Below are positions 1 through 8,411 of a stretch of DNA of 64,000 bases, piece by piece. The notes below the pieces were generated by a model that saw nothing but the letters and a program-made list of their open reading frames with translations, was not told the origin of the DNA and did not search any database. The position numbers and the translations under genes were made by a program. How positions within the stretch are numbered: the stretch's first letter is position 1; every line of letters starts with the position of its first letter. The DNA comes from Pseudomonadota bacterium (GTDB lineage: Bacteria; Pseudomonadota; Alphaproteobacteria; Paracaedibacterales; CAITNM01): NCBI GenBank assembly GCA_018062345.1, contig JAGOSL010000001.1, forward strand, positions 170,493 through 234,492, read 5' to 3'.

Positions 1-557
1 CAGAAAGCCAGCCGCCAACTTAGCCCGAAAGAAGTTACAATAGAAGCTAATCCAAGTGCTGCAGAGGTTCCAAGTGAAACAGAAAAAGCAAGTAAAGCAA
101 CGGCTGAATATCTAGCTGGTGGCTGGATGGTTTCGCTTAAATAAAGTTGAGCTCCTGTTATTTCTCCCATAGAAGACATGCCTTGAATAATGCGGCAGAT
201 AGTTACTATCCAGGCAGCTGTAATGCCAATTTGCGAGTAAGTCGGCAAGTTAGCCATCACTAAACATGAAAAAGACATCATGGTTGTGGTGATTACGACT
301 GTTACCTTTCTTCCTACGTTATCGCCAATATATCCGAAAGCAAGAGCGCCTATTGGCCTTAGAAGGTATGTTGAGCAAAAAGCAAAAGCCGTGAGTAAAG
401 CAGCCGTATGCGCATCAGTTTTAGGAAAAAACAGTTCGTTAAGAAGGACTGCCATATGTATATAAATCATGAGGTCGAAGTACTCTAAAAAAGTACCGAT
501 AGAAAGCAAAGCTACCGCTTCACCCTGTTCTTTTTTTAATCCAAACATACTTTTCAT
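1..557 (-). CDS. MFS transporter, metabolite:H+ symporter (ProP-like) family; N-terminal part only, gene runs off the window start
   Basis: Own minus-strand translation from ATG at 557 gives MKSMFGLKKEQGEAVALLSIGTFLEYFDLMIYIHMAV...FGYIGDNVGRK. The FLEYFD and GD..GRK motifs match the complete MFS at 20592-21845 (VEFYDFTIYGFF, GNLGDKIGRKK). It is absent from the ORF track because it is open at the window edge. Confidence 0.75.
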   Translation of the reverse strand, partial: MKSMFGLKKEQGEAVALLSIGTFLEYFDLMIYIHMAVLLNELFFPKTDAHTAALLTAFAFCSTYLLRPIGALAFGYIGDNVGRKVTVVITTTMMSFSCLVMANLPTYSQIGITAAWIVTICRIIQGMSSMGEITGAQLYLSETIQPPARYSAVALLAFSVSLGTSAALGLASIVTSFGLSWRLAF

Positions 558-844
558 CCTTTTGGTAAACAGTTTTAGGGCCGAAGACTAATTTTGTCCT
601 ATTGCCCTAAATAGGATAACAGATAAATTTTTCTTTTTTAGTAAAATTTTACAAGTAGTGTCGCCTAGGCAAACAATCATTATGCCCTCTGTTTATCATC
701 TCTTTGTTATTTTAGCAACGAGCATAGAAAACATTTTTTCACTTTTTTGTTGTATCCTGTAATTTATTTGAAAGAGCATATTTTTCTTACTGAGCAGAAA
801 AATTTTTAATCAATCTTCATAAATATGAGCTAGAATTTTATGTA

Positions 845-1405
845 GTTCAGTGGGATAGGGTTAACACCCTCGCCTTTAGGCGAACACTTTAGTATTATGA
901 CTTCATGGAATATCGTCGCGGCTCACATAGTCTATTTGACCTAAAATATCATGTGGTATTTTGCACAAAATATCGCTTTAGAGTTTTGACAGGACAAGTT
1001 TCAATAAGGACTCGGGAACTCATTAGAGAAGTTTGCGCAGCAAACTACATTGACATAATCAGCGGCAGTATGAGTCCTGATCATGTCCACCTGTTAATTT
1101 CTGTTCCACCAAGCATATCACTTTCAAAAACTGTTCAGTACATCAAGGGAAAGAGCAGCAGGAAATTGCTTCAAGAATTTGAGGTATTGCAGAAAAAATA
1201 TTGGGGGCAGCATCTTTGGGCCAGAGGATACTTTGCAGTGACGGTAGGAAATGTGAATACCGAAGATGTTCAACGTTATATAGAGCAACAGGAAGAGCAT
1301 CACAAAAAAGACGATTTTCGTATTTCAGAATTCTAGCGTTTACGCGTTGAATCTGCTTTGCAAGCGTTAAATCAAACTACCGGCTTTAGACGGTTGTTAT
1401 TGATG
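845..1405 (+). mobile_element. IS200-group (IS200/IS605 family) insertion sequence with tnpA only and no tnpB; boundaries approximate
   Basis: The Y1 transposase ORF is flanked by subterminal hairpins. On the left are AGGGT-TAAC-ACCCT (857-870) and TCGCC-TTTA-GGCGA (870-883). On the right is ACCG-GCTTTAGA-CGGT (1379-1394). Left and right hairpins share a CGsCTTTAGrCG core. Confidence 0.7.
905..1336 (+). CDS. tnpA: IS200/IS605 family Y1 (HUH) transposase TnpA
   Basis: 143 aa. It has YHVVFCTKYR, the HUH motif in SPDHVHLLISVPP, YIKGKSSRKL, and a C-terminal Tyr helix VQRYIEQQEEH. The size is typical for this family. Confidence 0.92.
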   Translation: MEYRRGSHSLFDLKYHVVFCTKYRFRVLTGQVSIRTRELIREVCAANYIDIISGSMSPDHVHLLISVPPSISLSKTVQYIKGKSSRKLLQEFEVLQKKYWGQHLWARGYFAVTVGNVNTEDVQRYIEQQEEHHKKDDFRISEF

Positions 1406-1426
1406 GAGAACTTTTTAACAAACTGT

Positions 1427-2227
1427 ATGAGCGAATCTAAAAAACATCCTTATCATTTGGTCGATCCCAGCCCGTGGCCTTTGGTGTCATCTCTTGCTGT
1501 GTTGGTGTTGGCAGTTGGTGGGGTTTTATTTATGCATCATATTGATCATTGGGTTTTTATAGTTGGAATATTTTTGGTGGTTGCTTGCGCTGTGGGGTGG
1601 TGGTTAGATGTTGTAAAGGAAGCAAACACAATAGGTCTGCACACGCTGGTTGTACAAAATGGATTAAAGATTGGCATGGCTTTATTTATTGCGTCTGAAG
1701 CTATGCTGTTTGTGGCTTTCTTCTGGGGATATCTTCATTCCAGTCTAAACCTTGCGGGGCATGTGGTATTTCAATGGCCGCCTAAAGGTATTGTTACATT
1801 TGATCCGATGCAATTGCCCTACCTCAACACGCTTATACTTCTATTATCTGGTACTACAGTTACGTGGGCGCATCATGAAATGCTAAAAGGAAATTTTTCC
1901 AAAGTTACGCAAGCTCTTATAATTACTGTAATTTTAGGCTTAATTTTTTCGTGTGTTCAAGTTGTTGAATACTCGCACGCGGCCTTTAACCTAAAAGACG
2001 GCATTTATCCGTCTAACTTTTTTATGGCCACTGGATTTCACGGGGCGCATGTTTTAATAGGTACGATATTTTTAGGTATTTGTTTACTGCGTAACATACG
2101 CAGAGAATTTCAGCCAAACCATCATGTTGGTTTCGAAGTTGCTGCTTGGTATTGGCATTTTGTGGATGTTGTGTGGTTGTTTCTATTTGTTACTATTTAT
2201 TGGAATAGTTCTGTGGCAGTGAAGTAG
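1427..2227 (+). CDS. coxC: cytochrome c oxidase subunit III
   Basis: MSESKKHPYHLVDPSPWP is the classical CoxIII N-terminus. Also seen are FFWGYLHSSL, MATGFHGAHVLIGT and AAWYWHFVDVVWLFLF. The track ORF begins at 1358 inside the IS right end, so I moved the start to ATG 1427. Confidence 0.92.
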   Translation: MSESKKHPYHLVDPSPWPLVSSLAVLVLAVGGVLFMHHIDHWVFIVGIFLVVACAVGWWLDVVKEANTIGLHTLVVQNGLKIGMALFIASEAMLFVAFFWGYLHSSLNLAGHVVFQWPPKGIVTFDPMQLPYLNTLILLLSGTTVTWAHHEMLKGNFSKVTQALIITVILGLIFSCVQVVEYSHAAFNLKDGIYPSNFFMATGFHGAHVLIGTIFLGICLLRNIRREFQPNHHVGFEVAAWYWHFVDVVWLFLFVTIYWNSSVAVK

Positions 2228-2541
2228 AAGATCTTCTTGATAAATCTGAGGTGTCTGGAATTGATTGATGTATTGAAAAATTATTGTTGATAAGTATTGC
2301 AATATTAAATCATTCTCTTTTAACTGTTCGGTGGATTCTGGTCCAAAAAATTACATCTTGAGTTAGAACCACTTTATTAAAAGCAATTTAACGAATAATT
2401 GCTTAAGTTATCCCCCTAAAATTTTTAATAAAAGTTAATTAAAAATGTTTTTAATCTGCGAAATATGGGGGGTTTTACAATAAAAGTGGTAAAAATGTGT
2501 CATATACACTACTTTTTTTTAGATAATAGCTAAATACCCCC

Positions 2542-2571
2542 TTGACCGCCGAGCAAAACCGCCCTTATCAT
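2542..2571 (+). promoter_or_regulatory. candidate sigma70-type promoter for hup
   Basis: TTGACC (2542-2547), an 18-nt spacer, then TATCAT (2566-2571), about 40 nt upstream of the hup start. Confidence 0.4.
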
Positions 2572-2610
2572 GAAATTGTAATTAATTAATCTAACGTAGG
2601 AGTGGGTTCC

Positions 2611-2886
2611 GTGAATAAAAGTGATCTAGTAAGCAGCGTTGCAAAAGCATCTGGTTTAACTAAAGCTGATGCAGAGCGCGCAATCGACGCAACTTTTCAA
2701 ACAATTACAAAGTCTCTTAAAAAAGGTGACGATGTTCGTTTGATCGGTTTTGGTACATTTGCAACTGCAAACCGTAAAGCAACTGAGGGCCGTAATCCTC
2801 GCACTGGTGCGAAGATTAAGATCCCTGCTAAGCGCTTACCGAAATTCCGCGCAGGAAAGCAATTGAAAGAAGCAGTTGAAAAATAA
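2611..2886 (+). CDS. hup: DNA-binding protein HU
   Basis: MNKSDLVSSVAKASGLTKADAERAIDATF...GFGTF...RNPRTGAKIKIPA is canonical HU/IHF. The RBS TAGGAG lies at 2597-2602. GTG at 2611 is preferred over GTG at 2602. Confidence 0.9.
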   Translation: MNKSDLVSSVAKASGLTKADAERAIDATFQTITKSLKKGDDVRLIGFGTFATANRKATEGRNPRTGAKIKIPAKRLPKFRAGKQLKEAVEK

Positions 2887-2905
2887 TCTGCTTTTTGCTA
2901 ATACT

Positions 2906-2935
2906 AGGCATGGTTCATTGAACCATGCCTTTTTT
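2906..2935 (+). terminator. rho-independent terminator after hup
   Basis: A 10-bp stem AGGCATGGTT/AACCATGCCT with loop CATTG, followed by TTTTT. Confidence 0.8.
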
Positions 2936-2939
2936 AAAT

Positions 2940-3014
2940 GGGTGATTAGCTCAGCGGTAGAGCGTCTCGTTTACACCGAGAGGGTCGGAGGTTCAATCCC
3001 TTCATCACCCACCA
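2940..3014 (+). tRNA. tRNA-Val (anticodon UAC), CCA encoded
   Basis: Cloverleaf folded by hand. Acceptor GGGTGAT/ATCACCC, D arm GCTC-AGCGGTA-GAGC, anticodon arm TCTCG-TTTACAC-CGAGA, T arm GGAGG-TTCAATC-CCTTC, then ACCA. Confidence 0.9.
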
Positions 3015-3034
3015 TTTTTCTTATTGTTTTTCTT

Positions 3035-3136
3035 ATGTTTCTTTCAGCTTGTGGGCGAAAAGGTAAGCTTGAACCAGACGAAAAAGATTCGTATCCTAGG
3101 CAGTATCCAGCTGCAGTAGAAGATATTTTGAAGTGA
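3035..3136 (+). CDS. small LptM/YifL-like lipoprotein (lipobox LSAC followed by GRKGKLEP); start codon uncertain
   Basis: The frame reads (I)FLIVFLMFLSACGRKGKLEPDEKDSYPRQYPAAVEDILK. The C-G-[RK]-K-G-x-L-x-P signature after the lipobox is the LptM/LPAM_2 pattern. The only ATG (3035) leaves too short a signal peptide, and in-frame ATT codons at 3014 and 3023 abut the tRNA 3' end. The stop overlaps the next gene's start (GTGA). Confidence 0.4.
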   Translation: MFLSACGRKGKLEPDEKDSYPRQYPAAVEDILK

Positions 3137-4440
3137 AGTTGTTACGATTCTTTGTTTTTTCCAGCATTATTAATTTTCCCATTTTTGCCGAATTAAAATC
3201 AGGTAGCGTTATTGTTGACGCGCGTGCAGAAAAGCTGGTGAACAATATTCTTTCTCGCTTGTGTAAATCTAGCAAATTACTTTTTGTTCCTAAAATCTAT
3301 TTTGTTGTTGATAAAAGTATTAACGCTTTTGCTACCGATGAATCCAAGATTTTTATTCACACTGGTCTTATTATCAAATTTAACAATGTGAATCAGCTCA
3401 TTGCTGTGCTTGCGCATGAGTTGGGGCACATTACCGGTGGGCATATGCATCGCATGAGTAATGAAATGAAGGGCGCTAATGTTGCTTCAGTTATTGGTAC
3501 ACTTCTCGGAGGTGTTGCAGCCCTTGCAGGAGGTGGATTTGAGGCGCTTATGGCAGGTAGTATGTTGGGGCAAAGTGCTGCGATGGGAACTTTTGCTAGT
3601 TTTTCAAGGACTCATGAAAAAGAAGCTGATGCAGCAGGGTTTCGCATGCTGCAAGAGGCAAATCTTGGTACTGAGGGTTTTATTGAAACCTTTGAATTGT
3701 TTAAAAAAATGAATGCATTTGGTGAAATTCCCTATTTACAGACCCATCCAAGCGATCAGGATCGTATTGATGCCTTTAAGCATTATCGCGATGCGCATCC
3801 TGATAGAGGTTCAACGCCAATGGAATGGGAGCAAGAATTTCAAATCATTAAAGCAATTTTTATGGCAAACTTGAACAAGCCCTCAGAAACTGAGCGCTAT
3901 TACTATCAAAAAAATACGCCAGCTGCTCACATTGCGCGCGCAATTATCTATTCTAGGAAAGGGTTGTACAGGCAAGCATTTAAAAAGTTGGATGAACTTT
4001 TGAGTGAATCACCTGATAATCCTTACTTACACGAAATGTATGGTCAATTTTTGTTAGAATCAGGGAATGCGCGTGCTGCTGTAGAGCATTTGCGAAAAGC
4101 GGTGAATTTATCTAGAGATGCTTTGTCTATTCGTTTACTTTATGCACAAGCACTGTATACCGATTCTAGCGATAACGCTCAAGAAGCTCTTGATCAACTG
4201 AATCGAATTACTCAGGATGATCCAGATAATATCATGGCTTGGCTGCTTAAAGTAGGAGCTTATCGCAAGCTTGGACAGCAGGGTTTTGCAGATATCGCAC
4301 AAGCAGAAGCTGCAATGCGTATGGGGGATGTGCAACTTGCAATCAGCCGTGCAATGCGTGCGAAAAAAAGCGACAATCCTAAAATAAAAGAGCAGGCAAA
4401 AATGCTTTTGGAAGACTCTCGTCTAAGAAGTGAAGAATAA
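3133..4440 (+). CDS. M48 family metalloprotease with C-terminal TPR region (BepA/YfgC-like)
   Basis: There is an N-terminal signal peptide, the HEXXH motif in AHELGHITGGH, a downstream EKEAD, and a TPR-like helical C-terminal half. Length is 435 aa. Confidence 0.8.
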   Translation: MKLLRFFVFSSIINFPIFAELKSGSVIVDARAEKLVNNILSRLCKSSKLLFVPKIYFVVDKSINAFATDESKIFIHTGLIIKFNNVNQLIAVLAHELGHITGGHMHRMSNEMKGANVASVIGTLLGGVAALAGGGFEALMAGSMLGQSAAMGTFASFSRTHEKEADAAGFRMLQEANLGTEGFIETFELFKKMNAFGEIPYLQTHPSDQDRIDAFKHYRDAHPDRGSTPMEWEQEFQIIKAIFMANLNKPSETERYYYQKNTPAAHIARAIIYSRKGLYRQAFKKLDELLSESPDNPYLHEMYGQFLLESGNARAAVEHLRKAVNLSRDALSIRLLYAQALYTDSSDNAQEALDQLNRITQDDPDNIMAWLLKVGAYRKLGQQGFADIAQAEAAMRMGDVQLAISRAMRAKKSDNPKIKEQAKMLLEDSRLRSEE

Positions 4441-4833
4441 TAAATTTTAGTGTGAAAAATTTACGTTTTAGAATCTAATATTGTTTGCTGAAATTGAAGA
4501 TTCTTTAATATAGATATTACTTATTCTCTATAAACTAGCCGTTATTTGAATTTGATGCTGGTCGTAAAATTTTATTTGAAAAAATATTAGACAATAAATT
4601 TTTTAGAGCGTTTTTTATAAGATTTTTTATTAATTAATAATAAAATTTATTAGCAATTTTCTGATTTATTCCTGTCTTTGTGGGGTATTTAGTGGCTGAG
4701 TTAATAAATAATTTTATTATAAATTTTAGTTTTATTTTATCTTTAATTAACAAATAATAAATATTTACTTAATTTATATTTAATATGTATTTGCAATAAT
4801 AAAAATTATTAATTATTGCAATGGAGCTTAATA

Positions 4834-5988
4834 ATGAAAATTAGTAAAAAATTTATTTCGCTATCCCTACTTGCTTTGTTTCATGTTACGCAACTTAGTG
4901 CATCTGAATGGAACGTCGAAGTTAACGATAGTGATGTGGCATATTTTACTACTGGGTTAACTGTTCACACTTTAAACAAATGGGGAACAGGACAACTTAA
5001 TATTACAGGTGGTGTCTATGACATGGATTTCATAGATGTAAAGGAGGGAACAGTCTATGTAAATGGAGTGAGTGAAGATTATATCTATTTAATTCAACCG
5101 ATCACTTTGACTGCTGGTGAAAAATATCCTGTTAGGAAAGCTATATTGAATGTAAGGGTAGATACTGGAGAAACAGGGTATGATTCGGGATCGATTACTT
5201 CAGCTGTGGTTAGAAAAATTGGTGGTGGTGTAGCTGTTTTCGAAGGTGCTGGTTGTGAAGTTGGTTATTTAGCTGTACTAGATGGTGTAGCTGTTTTGAA
5301 TGCTGCATATCTTATACCTGACATATCAGCTCAACTTGGTGCGTCAATACAGGCAAATAGTGATATTTCTCTTCCTAATGTAACAATGACTGCAGATGGT
5401 TCAATATCATCTTACTTAATACCAGAAGAATACTTGGTAACAATTAAGGATCTTGTGTTAGCTGGGTTTACTTTAACGACAGCTAACAAGAAAACAATCG
5501 TTACTATGTTGGACACTAGCGCTTCAGGTGGTACGATCTCAAATACTGACCAGGTGGTACTAAATGGGGCAAAAGGAAGTAATTTACTAACTAAACTTGA
5601 CAGTGGTCTGATGACAGCAGAGCAAGATTTAAGTAACGCTTCTATGCCAATTGATGTGTTAAAAGGTATATTACAGGTAATAGGTCTTGGTAAATTACCA
5701 ACTGGTGATATTACAATTGATAATGCTCTGGGGCATGAAAGTGTATTCAAATTGAGTGCAAGTAATCTTGCTGGAATTCCTTTAGCTGGAGCAGTTCCTG
5801 GACTTATGGAAATAAAATCAGGATGTACGCTTGAGGTAGATGCTGATCTTTCAGTTCCTTCAGCTAGTAGTGTAAATGATGTCTTTACCGGTGGTTTGAA
5901 AATGAATGGAGGTTCAACGTTGAAACTAGGTAATGGTGTTAATTTTGATCGTGATATTGTGGTGGGTACGGTTGTGCCTCATATATAA
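4834..5988 (+). CDS. secreted protein with autotransporter-passenger-type beta-strand (PATR-like) repeats and no beta-barrel domain
   Basis: Signal peptide MKISKKFISLSLLALFHVTQLSAS. PATR-like segments include LNKWGTGQLNITGGVYDMDFIDVKEGTVYVNG, VRKIGGGVAVFEGAGCEVGYLAVLDGVAVLN and GGLKMNGGSTLKLGNG. RBS GGAG lies at 4823-4826. Confidence 0.5.
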   Translation: MKISKKFISLSLLALFHVTQLSASEWNVEVNDSDVAYFTTGLTVHTLNKWGTGQLNITGGVYDMDFIDVKEGTVYVNGVSEDYIYLIQPITLTAGEKYPVRKAILNVRVDTGETGYDSGSITSAVVRKIGGGVAVFEGAGCEVGYLAVLDGVAVLNAAYLIPDISAQLGASIQANSDISLPNVTMTADGSISSYLIPEEYLVTIKDLVLAGFTLTTANKKTIVTMLDTSASGGTISNTDQVVLNGAKGSNLLTKLDSGLMTAEQDLSNASMPIDVLKGILQVIGLGKLPTGDITIDNALGHESVFKLSASNLAGIPLAGAVPGLMEIKSGCTLEVDADLSVPSASSVNDVFTGGLKMNGGSTLKLGNGVNFDRDIVVGTVVPHI

Positions 5989-6010
5989 GCATAGAACATT
6001 ACTAACTAAT

Positions 6011-6057
6011 GATCCTGCTATATCGTACATTTTGTGCGGGGATAGCAGGATCTTTTT
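6011..6057 (+). terminator. rho-independent terminator
   Basis: An 11-bp perfect stem GATCCTGCTAT/ATAGCAGGATC (6011-6021 and 6042-6052) followed by TTTTT. Confidence 0.7.
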
Positions 6058-6149
6058 AAATTATTGATTCAATTTTTCTGCCCAAAAAAATAATAGAGAA
6101 ATTGTAAAAAAAGGATTAGGGTATTTCTCAGTCATCTTCATTTTAGGGA

Positions 6150-7058
6150 ATGCTTGTGTTGAAATTAGTTTTTGAAAATTTTAAAATTTTGTATCTAATG
6201 TGCTTTTTACATGGTTGTGGGTATGTGAGCGCTGGTTGGTACACTCATGAGCAAGCGATAAATAAATACGATGAATTAAATTTGAAGATTCCGATGCCAG
6301 AAAATGATGGCAGGACGCAAACGCTCAATAAAAAAGGCGCCGCAACGGCGAAGTTCGATTATGCTACGAAAAAGTTTTTGGAATATGCCAAGGGAAAAAA
6401 CGTTTTAGAAATTGGTGGTGCGTACGGAGATGTTATGCTTGCCGCTCTAAAGCAAAGTAAAGATACTCAGTATACCCTTAGCGATTTAGATGAACGCCAT
6501 TTGTTTATAGCAGCTAAAAAATTATCTATCGTGATTGATGAGAAAAAGCTTAAGGAAGAAAGCTTAAATAGAGTGAAATTTATTCAAGCAGATATCACTC
6601 AAGCTAATGATATTAGTGAAATTGGAACATATGACGCTATTTTTGTTGGTAGGGTGCTGCATTTTTTAAACCCAGAACAGTTGCAAGCAACTGTTAGGCA
6701 CCTATTCTTATTGTTAAAGCCAGGAGGTCGAATTTTTGCTGTGGCAGTTACCCCTTATGTAAAACGTTATGAGAGGTTTATTCCAGAATACGAAAGACGT
6801 GTACATGCCGGTGAAAAAAATCCAGGTTTTATCACTTCACTGACAGACTATTTGAATGCTGATGTTACTACCCCAGCGCAAAGCCAAAATATTGCTAGCG
6901 ACCCCTTCTTCTTTTTAGATGATGAAGTAATGAGAAAGCTTTTTGAAAGTAATGATTTTAGGGTTATCGAAAGCAAAATGATGCCGCTATCTTATAGCTC
7001 AGCATCTTGGGCTCTTGATGGTCGTGAGAATGTTATTTTGATTGCTGAAAAGCAGTAA
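6150..7058 (+). CDS. class I SAM-dependent methyltransferase (paralog of 19781-20581); start uncertain
   Basis: Motif I VLEIGGAYGDV, then RVLHFLNPEQL and LKPGGRIFAV. It shares LKIP.P..DG...TLN..G, GAAYG, RV.HFL.P.QL and LKPGG with the second copy. Confidence 0.7.
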   Translation: MLVLKLVFENFKILYLMCFLHGCGYVSAGWYTHEQAINKYDELNLKIPMPENDGRTQTLNKKGAATAKFDYATKKFLEYAKGKNVLEIGGAYGDVMLAALKQSKDTQYTLSDLDERHLFIAAKKLSIVIDEKKLKEESLNRVKFIQADITQANDISEIGTYDAIFVGRVLHFLNPEQLQATVRHLFLLLKPGGRIFAVAVTPYVKRYERFIPEYERRVHAGEKNPGFITSLTDYLNADVTTPAQSQNIASDPFFFLDDEVMRKLFESNDFRVIESKMMPLSYSSASWALDGRENVILIAEKQ

Positions 7059-7101
7059 TTATGCGTAAAATTGCCTAGGCGAGTAAGTTGCAAAAGCTAA
7101 G

Positions 7102-8409
7102 ATGAGCTATGTTTTAAAGAGTGTCATTTTACAGAGAGCTTGTGGCAATCTAAGCTATGAATTAGCAGATATTTTTATAAAGAATGGTGTTATTGAAAAT
7201 ATTGATAGCTCAAAAATAGAACTATCTGATATTTCCTCTGATCATTTTTTTGTAACCCCAGGTTTTGTAAATAGTCATTTGCATCCCAATCAGTTGCTTG
7301 ATCGGCGTATGCTTGACGAGAAGTCGATTACTGACTTACTTAGCGCTATGCACATAGTGCAGCAAAAAACTGACGAGGATCGTTATCACCAAGCTATTTT
7401 TGTGTTGATAGACGCGCTTAAAAGTGGTGCAACAAGCATTTATGCCATAGCATCAAAGCCAGAGCCTGTGATTCGTGCATTTAATGATATTGGTATTACG
7501 GGTGCAATCAGCTGCTTTTTCAATGATGTTTGGGAAGGTGAGGGAAATACTCCAGCTCAAATTAGTTTGCAAGAAGTTGAAAGAAATTTTGCGGAATTTT
7601 TTAAGGCCAATAACAAAGATGTGAAAATTCATATTGGGTCTGCTTCTATTTTAACAGCGTCAAATGAATTGCTAAAATTATTTAATGACATTGCTGCTAG
7701 GTACAATACCAAGGTGAATATTCACATGAGTGAAGGTATTGATTCAGTTGAGAGATGTCGTCAGCATCGTGGAACGACGCCAATAAGATTGCTGGATCAG
7801 CTTGGAATTTTAAATGAGCGATGGAATCTTATTCATGCGGCAACTGTTGATGCAGAAGAAATTAAAATCATTGCGCGTTCTGGTGCTTCAGTTATCCATT
7901 GCCCTGTAAGTAACGCAAAAACAGGTGTGGGTATTGCGCCAATGCTTGATTTTTATAAAAAAGGGGTAAATATTGCGATTGGAACTGATGCGTGTTCGAA
8001 TAACAATACCAACAATATTTTGAATGAGGCATACTTTGCAACGTTGTTGCACAGTGCCATACATAGGGACGCCTTGGTTTTTAACGAAGAAATAATCTTT
8101 GAGTGGCTAATTCCTAACGGGTTAAAGATTATTGACTCCAAGAGAAATGGTAAAATTGAGGTTGGCGAGCGGGCTGATTTATTAATTTGGTCATTGAAAG
8201 ATCCGTGTTTTGTTCCATTGCATTATGGGAAATTTCGTTCAGCGTTTATTAATAATGCACCTGATGCTAAGCCACATACGGTGATATTGGGCGGCAGAAA
8301 AGTGATTGAAAATTATACGTTTACAGGTGATCTTGAAAAACGTGCTACGGATGCCATTAATAGGTGGACAAAAAAGGGCCTTTATCAAAAGGCCCCTGTT
8401 TCTTATTAG
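7102..8409 (+). CDS. amidohydrolase superfamily protein (ATZ/TRZ, MtaD/SsnA-like deaminase)
   Basis: Metal-ligand motifs PGFVNSHLHPNQ, NIHMSEG, HCPVSN and IGTDACSNN. Length is 435 aa. Confidence 0.7.
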   Translation: MSYVLKSVILQRACGNLSYELADIFIKNGVIENIDSSKIELSDISSDHFFVTPGFVNSHLHPNQLLDRRMLDEKSITDLLSAMHIVQQKTDEDRYHQAIFVLIDALKSGATSIYAIASKPEPVIRAFNDIGITGAISCFFNDVWEGEGNTPAQISLQEVERNFAEFFKANNKDVKIHIGSASILTASNELLKLFNDIAARYNTKVNIHMSEGIDSVERCRQHRGTTPIRLLDQLGILNERWNLIHAATVDAEEIKIIARSGASVIHCPVSNAKTGVGIAPMLDFYKKGVNIAIGTDACSNNNTNNILNEAYFATLLHSAIHRDALVFNEEIIFEWLIPNGLKIIDSKRNGKIEVGERADLLIWSLKDPCFVPLHYGKFRSAFINNAPDAKPHTVILGGRKVIENYTFTGDLEKRATDAINRWTKKGLYQKAPVSY

Positions 8410-8411
8410 TA

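Noticed and set aside
1358-1426. N-terminal extensions proposed by the ORF track (coxC from 1358, nrdJ from 30939, plsY from 34597, fliP from 56242, pgsA from 62991, ruvC from 63345, and others)
   Set aside because: The extensions lack homology to the family N-termini, run into upstream elements (the IS end, fliO, ndk) and bypass good RBS-plus-ATG/GTG combinations. Starts were therefore trimmed to the conserved N-termini.
2876-3136. 86-aa track ORF spanning the hup terminator and tRNA-Val
   Set aside because: Most of it is the translated tRNA-Val gene and terminator hairpin. Only its last roughly 34 codons (the LptM-like lipobox segment) look meaningful, and those are reported separately.
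4441-4815. AT-rich 375-bp region as a CRISPR leader or array, or as a replication origin
   Set aside because: There are no regularly spaced direct repeats of 24-40 nt and no cas genes. There is also no cluster of DnaA boxes. The isolated 8/9 matches TTATCCATA at 11853 and TTATCCACC (minus strand) near 55365 are singletons expected by chance.
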